From: a virus
Lineage: Duplodnaviria; Caudoviricetes
Virus record (IMG/VR): IMGVR_UViG_3300033388_003295
Coordinates: 1-34,802 of that record
Strand: one strand, 5' to 3'
DNA length: 34,802 bases
The notes beneath the pieces were generated by a model. The model was not told the DNA's origin and did no database searches. It was given only the letters and a program-made list of their open reading frames with translations. Positions 26,044-33,486 of this stretch are shown here, piece by piece. A program made the translations under genes and the position numbers. The stretch's first letter is position 1. Every line of letters begins with the position of its first letter.

Positions 26044-26940
26044 TTATTTATTAAATACCCCGACCTTTTTAAATAATACTACTCTATCTTCAGTATTTAC
26101 TATCTTAAAGTCTTCACTTGTTTCTTCTGTCCATTCATTATCTTTCAAAAATTTCTTATATTCTTTCAGTTTATTTAATTTTTTTTCTTCAACTTTTTGT
26201 TTTTCAATAGCTTCAAGTTTTTCCCTTGCTTCTCTATCTAATTTATCTTTAACTTCTTTTCTAATTCTTTTAACTTCTTCTTCTGCTTTTTGTTTGTCGT
26301 TTTCTGCTTTTTGTTTTTCAAACTCTAATTTTTCTCTTTCTAATTTAATTTTTTCTGCATCTGCTTTTCTTTTAGCTTCAGCTTCCTCTTCAGCCTCTTT
26401 CTTTGCTTTATCTGCAGCTTCTTTTTTAATTTCTTCTAATCTTTTATTTTCTCTAATTCTATTTTTTTCTTCTTCTATTTTTCTAGCTTCTTCTTCTAAA
26501 TATTCTTCTTTTTTTTCATTAAAGAATATAAGATAATCTTTTGAATCCATTTCTAATAATTCATCATCAGAAACTTCAACATTAATCTCTTTTAGTTTTG
26601 CAATTCTTTCAGGAAGTAATGTTTTTCTCTTTTCTTTTTCAATAATTAAATCTATTGTATCTGTTTTTTCTTTTAATTCTTTTTCTAATGGTTCAATAAT
26701 TGCTACAAATTCCTTTTCTCTAGCAATAACTACTTTTGAAAACTTAACAGCCTCATCTCTTAATTCTTTACCTGCTTTTGTAATTTGTCCTCTTGTTGCT
26801 TTCAAATCTTTTCTAGCAGTATCAACTAACTGATATCCAACCTTATCTTCAATTCCATTAATTTTAAGATTTTTATATTTTTCTACTTTTTTTATTAATT
26901 CTACTTTTTTAGGATTAAATTTTTCAATATCTAAGTTCAT
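26044..26940 (-). CDS. Coiled-coil recombination-module protein (DUF1351-like)
   Basis: GY..V..ARKDLK..R..I....KEL...I.PLE..L; E/K-rich coiled coil; adjacent to YqaJ. Confidence 0.65.
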   Translation of the reverse strand: MNLDIEKFNPKKVELIKKVEKYKNLKINGIEDKVGYQLVDTARKDLKATRGQITKAGKELRDEAVKFSKVVIAREKEFVAIIEPLEKELKEKTDTIDLIIEKEKRKTLLPERIAKLKEINVEVSDDELLEMDSKDYLIFFNEKKEEYLEEEARKIEEEKNRIRENKRLEEIKKEAADKAKKEAEEEAEAKRKADAEKIKLEREKLEFEKQKAENDKQKAEEEVKRIRKEVKDKLDREAREKLEAIEKQKVEEKKLNKLKEYKKFLKDNEWTEETSEDFKIVNTEDRVVLFKKVGVFNK

Positions 26941-27557
26941 AATTTTAATATTTCATTTAATTTATTATCTACTTTTTCTAAAAATTCAATTTGTTGTTCT
27001 TCACAAAATTTTAAATGCTCTTCTATATCTTCTCTTTTAATTTCTATAATATGAAGAGGGTGTACTGTTATTCTAGGATCATAACTTACAAAATAATGTT
27101 TTTGTGTTTCTTTATTTACAATAAAATATTGCATACATTGAAACATATATTCTGCTGGGATTTCATTTGTTAACCATATTTTTACATGATTACCAGAAGA
27201 CAAACATTTAACTTCAACTGACTCTTCATATTTTCCATTCTTTTTTATAAGTCTATCTGGAGATATTCCAATAAATTTATTTTCATCACTTTGGCAAAAA
27301 CCTACTTTTTCTGTTAATATTCCTGTTTCAGTTTCAAATTTTTCAATAGCTTCATCTTCTAATCTTATACCTCTTTGCATTGCATTTTCTGTTGATAAAC
27401 TTTCTGTTGATAATCTTTGAGCTAAATATTCATAGTAAAATGTATCTTTTTTTGTTTTACTTCCACATACTCTTGAAAGACCTGTTCCAGTTATTTTACC
27501 ATGACGAAGATTATGCCATTCATCTGATCGTTGAATTATATCTTTATAAATTTTCAT
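26937..27557 (-). CDS. YqaJ / lambda-exonuclease family 5'-3' exonuclease
   Basis: Q.S.EW...R.GKIT, M.RG..LE..A, SPD.L, EVKC and Y..Q...Y motifs. Confidence 0.92.
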   Translation of the reverse strand: MKIYKDIIQRSDEWHNLRHGKITGTGLSRVCGSKTKKDTFYYEYLAQRLSTESLSTENAMQRGIRLEDEAIEKFETETGILTEKVGFCQSDENKFIGISPDRLIKKNGKYEESVEVKCLSSGNHVKIWLTNEIPAEYMFQCMQYFIVNKETQKHYFVSYDPRITVHPLHIIEIKREDIEEHLKFCEEQQIEFLEKVDNKLNEILKL

Positions 27558-28048
27558 TTTAATTCAGATTTTAATTTATCTTTAAGTCCTTTAATTTCTT
27601 TTTCATTTCTTTCTGTTGCTTTTAAAGCATTCCAATTTTCCTGAAGTTCTTCTGGAGTTTTTGAACCTTCAAGAAGTGTTTTTGCAATAGTTATATCAAC
27701 TTTATCTTCATTATCTTTTCTATATTCTTGCATCTCTTCATAACTTGCTATATCTCCATCTGCTAATAATCCTAAAAATGCTAATGCCCTTCCAACTGAT
27801 ATTGTTTCAAGTTTTTCAAATGCTTTTGCCTTTTCAAGCTTTCCTAATGAATGCCCTGTAAAAAATCTTTCCGGATTTTCTGTATCAGGAGTAATTTTTG
27901 TTTTAAAACAAATCATTGCTTCTGTTAAATTATATTCTGTTTCAATCTTTCCATTTTTATATAATTCATGAAACTTTTTTAATCTTGCTGGAACTTTTGC
28001 ATAATCTGCTCCGCCAGATACTTTAATTGTTTCTACTTTTTTTACCAT
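27554..28048 (-). CDS. Single-strand annealing protein (Rad52/Sak-like superfamily)
   Basis: Y..V..R...F, E..ET..VGRALA.LG and IAS.EE motifs; coupled to the exonuclease. Confidence 0.75.
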   Translation of the reverse strand: MVKKVETIKVSGGADYAKVPARLKKFHELYKNGKIETEYNLTEAMICFKTKITPDTENPERFFTGHSLGKLEKAKAFEKLETISVGRALAFLGLLADGDIASYEEMQEYRKDNEDKVDITIAKTLLEGSKTPEELQENWNALKATERNEKEIKGLKDKLKSELK

Positions 28049-28063
28049 AATATTATTTTTAAT

Positions 28064-28240
28064 TTATCTTTCTCCACGAAAATTTACATTTTCATCTTCG
28101 TTTGATTCTTGTTCTTCTTCCCATTCTGTTACCTGTTCCTTTATAAACTTCTTTCCTTGCTCCATTGTTAATACTCCATCAGCAATTATTTTAAAAGCCA
28201 TATTTGCTCCATCTATATAAGCCCTTGTTTCTTTATTCAT
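28064..28240 (-). CDS. Hypothetical acidic protein (58 aa)
   Basis: MNKETRAYIDGANMAFKIIADGVLTMEQGKKFIKEQVTEWEEEQESNEDENVNFRGER*; ATGA overlap. Confidence 0.65.
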   Translation of the reverse strand: MNKETRAYIDGANMAFKIIADGVLTMEQGKKFIKEQVTEWEEEQESNEDENVNFRGER

Positions 28241-28404
28241 AAATTTTGTATTACTTTAATTATATTATAACTAATTGCACCTGCAAAGAAATTATCTTGT
28301 GGAACTTGTCCTGAATATGCCCAAGCACATAAGCACATAAAGTCTATTGCTAGGAATAATATTACTCCAAGGATTATTGTTTTGATTATTGTTTTAATAT
28401 TCAT
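28237..28404 (-). CDS. Small membrane protein (likely start MNIKTIIK at 28404)
   Basis: Hydrophobic stretch IILGVILFLAIDFMCLCAW; the shorter start avoids a long overlap. Confidence 0.6.
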   Translation of the reverse strand: MNIKTIIKTIILGVILFLAIDFMCLCAWAYSGQVPQDNFFAGAISYNIIKVIQNL

Positions 28405-28630
28405 ATTTTTTTGGTATTTTTTTAACTTTATAATAATAATTTTTGTTTTGTTTTGAAGAATAACCAAATTTTTTTCCAAAACCTGTATTAAATTCCCAAC
28501 CTTCTTTTTTTAATAACCACATAATATGACCAAGTCTTAAAATATAATTATGTATTGCCCAGAAGTTATCTACTTCATCACATAATAATAATCTATTGAT
28601 AACTATTTTTTTTTGTGATTCATGCTCCAT
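28394..28630 (-). CDS. Winged-helix HTH DNA-binding protein
   Basis: Q...V...L.....N..A.....RL...M..L...GW pattern of small phage wHTH proteins. Confidence 0.65.
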   Translation of the reverse strand: MEHESQKKIVINRLLLCDEVDNFWAIHNYILRLGHIMWLLKKEGWEFNTGFGKKFGYSSKQNKNYYYKVKKIPKKYEY

Positions 28631-28641
28631 TTTATTTAAAA

Positions 28642-28690
28642 TTTATATAGAGGAGAGAGCAATTAATCACTACTTCTCTCTCCTATAAAA
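28642..28690. repeat. Imperfect inverted repeat (hairpin) upstream of the wHTH gene
   Basis: TTTATA..GGAGAGAG / CTCTCTCC-TATAAA. Confidence 0.6.
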
Positions 28691-28703
28691 ATTGATTAAT
28701 TAT

Positions 28704-29033
28704 TTATTTTTGTTTTTTACAAGAAACAAAATTATCTTTTTCTGACCAACATCTTTTACCATCTCCACCAATTTCTAAACATTTTTCTTTCCAAACAAAA
28801 TTGTGATAATGTTTAGGTGTAAGTGCATGAGCTATCTCATGTAATATAACTGTTTTTACTTGTTTTTCTCCATTACATAAAATTAATGGAATTGACAACT
28901 TAATATACTTTTTAATCCAATTACAATATCCAAATGAATTTGTCATTTTAGTTGAAAAAATTAATTTATAATTATTTAATTTATATTTTTCCATTAAATT
29001 TTCTGCTAATTCTTTTGCTTTGATTAGTTTCAT
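28704..29033 (-). CDS. SprT-like zinc metalloprotease
   Basis: G.C......I.LS, VILHEIAHAL, H...WK.....IG motifs. Confidence 0.88.
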   Translation of the reverse strand: MKLIKAKELAENLMEKYKLNNYKLIFSTKMTNSFGYCNWIKKYIKLSIPLILCNGEKQVKTVILHEIAHALTPKHYHNFVWKEKCLEIGGDGKRCWSEKDNFVSCKKQK

Positions 29034-29197
29034 ATATTTTCAATGTATTTCATAATCTTTTTTATATCTTTACTTGTTAAATATATTCTGTCTTTTTCTA
29101 TGTCTTTTTGTGTTATCATATACAAGTCTTTTGTGTCTTTCATTTTTGCAATACAAGTATAACTTTTGCTTGTTTTATTTCCTTGTAAATATATCAT
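29030..29197 (-). CDS. Hypothetical protein (55 aa)
   Basis: MIYLQGNKTSKSYTCIAKMKDTKDLYMITQ...; ATGA overlap with SprT. Confidence 0.6.
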   Translation of the reverse strand: MIYLQGNKTSKSYTCIAKMKDTKDLYMITQKDIEKDRIYLTSKDIKKIMKYIENI

Positions 29198-29208
29198 GAT
29201 TTTTTTAT

Positions 29209-29388
29209 TTACTTATTATTATTTAATTTTTTTAGTAATTTTATTGCTTCTATAATTGATATAGACGAAATCATTATCATGTGTTTATGCTCTTTGTCTT
29301 CTTGTGCAATGAAATTGTCTTTCCAATCCTTTAAAAGCTCTTTCCTTTTTTTACTATTAAAAGCTAGTTTTGGTATTTTTATTTCCAT
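29209..29388 (-). CDS. Hypothetical protein (59 aa)
   Basis: MEIKIPKLAFNSKKRKELLKDWKDNF...; first ORF after the promoter at 29518-29546. Confidence 0.6.
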   Translation of the reverse strand: MEIKIPKLAFNSKKRKELLKDWKDNFIAQEDKEHKHMIMISSISIIEAIKLLKKLNNNK

Positions 29389-29517
29389 ATTATTTTAATT
29401 TACTTTATTATTATGTAATCAGAGCCGAAGTACCGATAAATTTTTATTAATCTTATCCATCCCTGTAAAAGATTTTATTATATTAGCCCGAGCAGTCCAG
29501 TTCCTTCTTACAATTTA

Positions 29518-29570
29518 ACCTTATCAAATATTTCAATGATTGTCAAGTTTTTTCAAGTTTTTTCAAGTTT
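29518..29570 (-). promoter_or_regulatory. Promoter with five phased TTGA repeats
   Basis: TTGACA (29546-29541), 17 nt, TGa-TAAGGT; TTGA starts at 29566, 29556, 29546, 29536, 29527; (A)AAAACTTGA tandem x3. Confidence 0.7.
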
Positions 29571-29576
29571 TAATAT

Positions 29577-30143
29577 TTATCTCCATTCAATATCTTTTAT
29601 ATCTCCTACATATTCAAGCCATTTGCCACCATCTAAAGGTATTACCCACCATTTACTTTTAAAAAACCTCATTTCTTGTCCGTCGTAAAAAGCCTTTGCT
29701 TTTTTTAAAGAAGATTCCCCTATCTTATCTTTACTTAACTTAACTTTACTTAACTTATCTTGTGTTGCCGGAAGGTTGCCGGTAGAAAATAATGCTTTAT
29801 TTATTTCTGTATAGGCCTTGTTTTCCTTTAATCCTATAGTCTTCTTCTCTTCTTCATAAGTTGTTTTGTTAAATCTATCAAGTCTAATTGTATTATGTAT
29901 TAGCCAGTGCTTGATAACTATAACCCCACTTTCAAATATAAGTATAAATCTTTTAGATAACAGAACTCTCAAATCATTTTCATTGCTTCCTATCATTCTA
30001 ATAATTCTTTTAGGATTACCAATAAATCCTTCATCATCTGCTCTCATAACAAGGTGAAAATATAAAAATTGAGCTTCTGGAGGCATTTCTAAAAATGCAT
30101 CTGAATCAACTATTTTTTTGCTGAACATTCTTTTTTGAGCCAT
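29577..30143 (-). CDS. Phage replication initiator / replisome organiser
   Basis: MA.KRMFSKKIVDSDAFLEMP..AQ.LYFHL...ADD.GF...PK, VIKHW.IHN..R.DR...T.Y and KLSKVKLSKDK motifs. Confidence 0.88.
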   Translation of the reverse strand: MAQKRMFSKKIVDSDAFLEMPPEAQFLYFHLVMRADDEGFIGNPKRIIRMIGSNENDLRVLLSKRFILIFESGVIVIKHWLIHNTIRLDRFNKTTYEEEKKTIGLKENKAYTEINKALFSTGNLPATQDKLSKVKLSKDKIGESSLKKAKAFYDGQEMRFFKSKWWVIPLDGGKWLEYVGDIKDIEWR

Positions 30144-30147
30144 AGTA

Positions 30148-31227
30148 TTATTTGTTTAATTTAATTAAAATTTGATTATACAATTCTATCGCAATTTTAT
30201 ACATCATTATAGGTGGAACAGACATACCAATGATATACTTAGGATTATTATTTAAAAAATCATAGTCCAGCGGGAAGGACCCTATCAGACAAATTTCTTC
30301 TTTATTTAAGCTACGAGGGTGTGAATAAAGAATATTATTATCGTTAGCAACTATTGTCTGGCAAACTGCATTATCTTTTATAAAGGAGTGAGAAAACCAA
30401 GAGGTTATTTTGCCATAAAGTCTAAAATTTGAGTCAGCAAGAGAATTATCACTTTCTTGTCTATTATTCCAAAGTTCTAATTCCTTAGTTCCGGTTATTA
30501 AATTTTCTGCTTTATCAGTTTTTATATCTTTAAATAATATTTGTTTTTCATTAAAATTTAATTTAAGATTTGGAAATTTTGATAATAAATTTATTTTATC
30601 TATATCAATTTTATCAACTAAATCTTTTCTAATAGCAATAAAAAAGACCCTTTCTCTTCTCTGAGGAACACCTGTATCGGAAGCATTAATTATAAAATGT
30701 TCTACTTCATAACCAGAATTTTCAAAAGATTTAATAATTTTTTGTGAATATTTAATTGCCTCACCAAGTAATATTCCTTTTACATTTTCAGCAATTATTA
30801 TTTTCGGCTGTAATTTTTTTGCTAAATCTATAAAATCAAAAAATAAAGTATCTAATACTTGTTTACATTGACCTTCTCTAAATCTCTTTTCTTTCCCCCA
30901 GTCATCTTTACGATTTCCAACCATACTAAAACTTGAACATGGAGGAGACCCATCTAAAATATCTAAATTATATAATTCTTCTGGTAAATCATCTCTATCT
31001 TTAAATATTTTAATATCTTCTAAGAAATAATATTTTGGATTGTGGTTTTTTAAATAACAAGCCATTATCTTTTTATCAATTTCATTACAACCTATCACAT
31101 CAAAACCAGCTAATTTATAACCCATAGTTGAGCCACCCCCACAAGCAAAGCAACTGAATACTTTACCTTTATTTTTTGAAAACTCTGCTTCGCTAAGTTT
31201 CCAGTTATATGATATTTTTGTTTCCAT
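30148..31227 (-). CDS. Orphan C5-cytosine DNA methyltransferase
   Basis: F.CGGG (I), GSPPCSSFS (IV), AENVKG (VI), PQRRERVFF (VIII), G.SVPP (X). Confidence 0.95.
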   Translation of the reverse strand: METKISYNWKLSEAEFSKNKGKVFSCFACGGGSTMGYKLAGFDVIGCNEIDKKIMACYLKNHNPKYYFLEDIKIFKDRDDLPEELYNLDILDGSPPCSSFSMVGNRKDDWGKEKRFREGQCKQVLDTLFFDFIDLAKKLQPKIIIAENVKGILLGEAIKYSQKIIKSFENSGYEVEHFIINASDTGVPQRRERVFFIAIRKDLVDKIDIDKINLLSKFPNLKLNFNEKQILFKDIKTDKAENLITGTKELELWNNRQESDNSLADSNFRLYGKITSWFSHSFIKDNAVCQTIVANDNNILYSHPRSLNKEEICLIGSFPLDYDFLNNNPKYIIGMSVPPIMMYKIAIELYNQILIKLNK

Positions 31228-31237
31228 ATTATTTAAA

Positions 31238-31290
31238 CAGAAAAGGCACCTCGCGTAATCTTCAAGATGCCTTTACTATTGATTACGCTA
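31238..31290 (-). promoter_or_regulatory. Structured 5' leader (pseudoknot or terminator/antiterminator) of the C5 methyltransferase
   Basis: GCGUAAUC pairs with GAUUACGC; AAAGGCAUCUUG pairs with CGAGGUGCCUUU; interleaved order A-B-A'-B'. Confidence 0.65.
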
Positions 31291-31301
31291 TTTATATTTT
31301 A

Positions 31302-31330
31302 ACCATATCAAATAAATCAAAATAAATCAA
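31302..31330 (-). promoter_or_regulatory. Promoter with phased TTGA repeats
   Basis: TTGATT (31330-31325), 17 nt, TGa-TATGGT (-10 at 31307-31302); shares TTTGATAwGGTTAAA with the 29518 promoter. Confidence 0.55.
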
Positions 31331-31331
31331 A

Positions 31332-31571
31332 TTACTGATATTCTCTTATATATTTAATAACATCTAAGCCTTTAACTCTGTAATGATTTTTTTTTCCAAA
31401 CCCAACATTTTTAGCTTTTAATCTTTTTAATCTTATTAATTTTAAAACAAAATCATAGGTATATTTTTTCTTATTATAAATCCAACCATTTTTTACAATT
31501 TCAGATGGTTTATAAAGAACATCAAACCCTATTTCTTTTTCAATTTCTTTGTTTGTTTTGAAATTCTGCAT
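31332..31571 (-). CDS. Xis/BldC-like (HTH_17, MerR-superfamily) DNA-binding protein
   Basis: LY.P.EI...........V.KLI....LKA..VG.G....YRV...D...YI pattern. Confidence 0.7.
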   Translation of the reverse strand: MQNFKTNKEIEKEIGFDVLYKPSEIVKNGWIYNKKKYTYDFVLKLIRLKRLKAKNVGFGKKNHYRVKGLDVIKYIREYQ

Positions 31572-31737
31572 AACTTATTTTAAATCTTTTAATCTTTTTA
31601 TTTAATATTGCTTTTTCGTATTCAAAACTTGTATAATATATAAAAGCTTTATTGTGTAATTCTTTACAAATAGGGCATTCTTTAACTGTCATAGGATTAT
31701 ATACTCTATTACACATCTTGCAAGTTTTGAATTTCAT
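31540..31737 (-). CDS. Small zinc-ribbon protein
   Basis: CKMC...CPIC; ATG coincides with the predicted transcription start. Confidence 0.65.
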   Translation of the reverse strand: MKFKTCKMCNRVYNPMTVKECPICKELHNKAFIYYTSFEYEKAILNKKIKRFKISYAEFQNKQRN

Positions 31738-31743
31738 AATTTT

Positions 31744-31782
31744 ACTATATATTATTTTTCAATATTTTTCAATAGCTTTCAA
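31744..31782 (-). promoter_or_regulatory. Promoter (probably leaderless transcript) with three phased TTGAAA repeats
   Basis: TTGAAA starts at 31782, 31772, 31762; TTGAAA (31772), 17 nt, TATAGT (31749-31744); ATG at 31737. Confidence 0.7.
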
Positions 31783-31932
31783 TAAAAAAGCAGATTTCTC
31801 TGCTTCTTTTTTTAGTTTATATTCAGCTTCTAATCCAAGCTCTTTTATAAACCAACTTAACTTTTTTTGCTTTCCATCCCATTCAATTAATTTAGACTGG
31901 TATTCTTTCATTTCATCAACCTCTGCTGTCAT
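31759..31932 (-). CDS. Hypothetical protein (57 aa)
   Basis: MTAEVDEMKEYQSKLIEWDGKQKKLSWFIKELG...; GAGG SD, ATGA overlap with HNH; reads through the hairpin at 31784. Confidence 0.5.
   Translation of the reverse strand: MTAEVDEMKEYQSKLIEWDGKQKKLSWFIKELGLEAEYKLKKEAEKSAFLLKAIEKY
31784..31813 (-). terminator. Intrinsic terminator-like hairpin
   Basis: AAGCAGA-tttc-TCTGCTT flanked by A/T tracts. Confidence 0.6.
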
Positions 31933-32159
31933 ACTCTTTTACCTCTCTTAAAATCTTCCCATGCTTTCTCATACAATTCTGGCTTATTCCTTAACACATC
32001 ATTCTCTCTTTTACGAAGTAAGAACTCTATCCTATCATGACATTGTCTACATATAAAAACAATATGATTGTTCTCTCCGAAGACTGCCTTTTTATAGATA
32101 TGATGTCGTGTTAATGGTTTAACCTTTTTGCATATCATACACTTTCCTGTTCTTGCCAT
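31929..32159 (-). CDS. HNH-like zinc-binding endonuclease
   Basis: CMIC....LTRHH.........N....CRQCH. Confidence 0.8.
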   Translation of the reverse strand: MARTGKCMICKKVKPLTRHHIYKKAVFGENNHIVFICRQCHDRIEFLLRKRENDVLRNKPELYEKAWEDFKRGKRV

Positions 32160-32271
32160 TCTTTATCTTCTCCCAATGATATCTCCAATTAATTACATCA
32201 ATAATTAAATTAATGTGTTCATCAACCATTCCTTCCATTATAAATTCATACGGGCTTATTATAATGGTCAT
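32119..32271 (-). CDS. Hypothetical protein (50 aa)
   Basis: Perfect AGGAGG SD upstream; MTIIISPYEFIMEGMVDEHINLIIDVINWRYHWEKIK... Confidence 0.55.
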   Translation of the reverse strand: MTIIISPYEFIMEGMVDEHINLIIDVINWRYHWEKIKNGKNRKVYDMQKG

Positions 32272-32272
32272 T

Positions 32273-32425
32273 TCAACCTCCTTTTTCAACCTCTCGTTTT
32301 AGCCATACTTCACGGCTTTCGTTTAGTCTTCTCAGATAAATTTTCTTTCTTCTGTTTTTACAAAAGGCAGAAAACTTTTCTTCAATAACAGTCCAGAAAT
32401 CCAATCTTAATCTATCTAAATCCAT
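32273..32425 (-). CDS. Hypothetical protein (start MDLDRLR at 32425)
   Basis: AGGAG SD upstream of ATG 32425; the longer TTG start lies inside a terminator. Confidence 0.6.
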   Translation of the reverse strand: MDLDRLRLDFWTVIEEKFSAFCKNRRKKIYLRRLNESREVWLKREVEKGG

Positions 32426-32479
32426 TTTATCTCTCCTAACATATTTTAAATGTGCTATTTTATCTATAACACCTTTTTT

Positions 32480-32514
32480 AAAAAAAAGAAACAAGCGGTC
32501 TAAAACTTGTTTCT
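32480..32514 (-). terminator. Intrinsic terminator after the lysis module
   Basis: AGAAACAAG (32487-32495) / CTTGTTTCT (32506-32514), followed by a U-tract on the minus strand. Confidence 0.75.
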
Positions 32515-32544
32515 AAATTATTAATATCATTTTTCTAATAAACA

Positions 32545-32673
32545 ATCAATTATTTTTATAGGAATAGAATGTCCTATATTTTTTGCCCTATCAATAACTT
32601 CTTGATATGGTGTTCTTATAGTGTTCTTTGCTTTTCTCTGCGATTTTAATTGTTGTTGCGATAAATTACACAT
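32545..32673 (-). CDS. Possible 42-aa peptide
   Basis: MCNLSQQQLKSQRKAKNTIRTPYQEVIDRAKNIGHSIPIKNN*; fills the gap before the terminator. Confidence 0.3.
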
Positions 32674-32701
32674 AATTGATATTATATACTCTTAGAATTG
32701 A

Positions 32702-32911
32702 TTATAATCCCTTTTTCCATTCTTTTACTAAATTAATCAAAAAGGGAACTACAAATGCTACTAATGTCGCTAGTGTTGGGTCATTAATCTCTAATGCTCC
32801 AAAATATTGCAATAAAGCAATTGCTCCTGCCCCAGTGAAGGCAATTAATCCTCCTTTTAATATTTTAGTTATTGTTTTTTTATCAAATTGATATTTTTTT
32901 TGTTTTGTCAT
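32702..32911 (-). CDS. Small two-TM membrane protein (second holin-like)
   Basis: Two hydrophobic segments with basic termini; in the lysis block. Confidence 0.7.
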   Translation of the reverse strand: MTKQKKYQFDKKTITKILKGGLIAFTGAGAIALLQYFGALEINDPTLATLVAFVVPFLINLVKEWKKGL

Positions 32912-32930
32912 ATTTTTTATTTATTATTTA

Positions 32931-33485
32931 TTATTCTATTATTGCTAATGGTTTCCAGTCTGCATTATGATAACTATCAGAACAGGAATATCCATTTGTT
33001 AGCTTTGTAATAATCCCGAACATCATATCTAATATATAGAAATCACCTACCCCCTTGTCTGTTGCATAGAACATATTGAAGGCGTGGCTTTCATACTTAT
33101 ATGTCTTGTCTTGTATCCATCTTAAATTGCCACTCATTCTCCACATTGCATTTACTTCTACAAATTCTGCCATTGCTACTGTCATTATAGCGAACGCGTC
33201 GCAATCTCTTTTCTCTGATATATATTTTATTCTATCATATCCTTTTATTCCAGCCTTCCAGAAAGCTGTATCAACAAATTTTCTAATCCATTCAATATCT
33301 GTGTAATAATAATCACTATCTCTGAAATGAATAGATGTAGTCGGTATTGTTGTATTTTGCTTTCTTAATTCTTTTAAAAAATTCCTTGATTTTAATACTT
33401 TTGTTTGAGGTTTACCAAGAGATTTTTTCCAACCTTCCATTGATATTCTTGTTGATTTTCCCCAAAAATTTGATGTTAAATTCAT
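32931..33485 (-). CDS. Papain/transglutaminase-like cysteine protease, candidate endolysin
   Basis: Y..E..DCDAFA (Cys), HAFN (His), FYILD (Asp) triad order; lies between two membrane lysis genes. Confidence 0.7.
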   Translation of the reverse strand: MNLTSNFWGKSTRISMEGWKKSLGKPQTKVLKSRNFLKELRKQNTTIPTTSIHFRDSDYYYTDIEWIRKFVDTAFWKAGIKGYDRIKYISEKRDCDAFAIMTVAMAEFVEVNAMWRMSGNLRWIQDKTYKYESHAFNMFYATDKGVGDFYILDMMFGIITKLTNGYSCSDSYHNADWKPLAIIE

Positions 33486-33486
33486 A

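Noticed and set aside
29722-29760. TTACTTAACTT repeats inside the initiator gene as a novel element
   Set aside because: They encode the KLSKVKLSKDK linker commonly seen in this initiator family; possibly origin-related but ordinary.
31238-31290. Assignment as a SAM-II/SAM-V riboswitch (AGGCAUcUUGAA resemblance)
   Set aside because: Helix order places UUGAA in the wrong loop and the 3' CUAAA-type element is absent; kept only as an unassigned structure.
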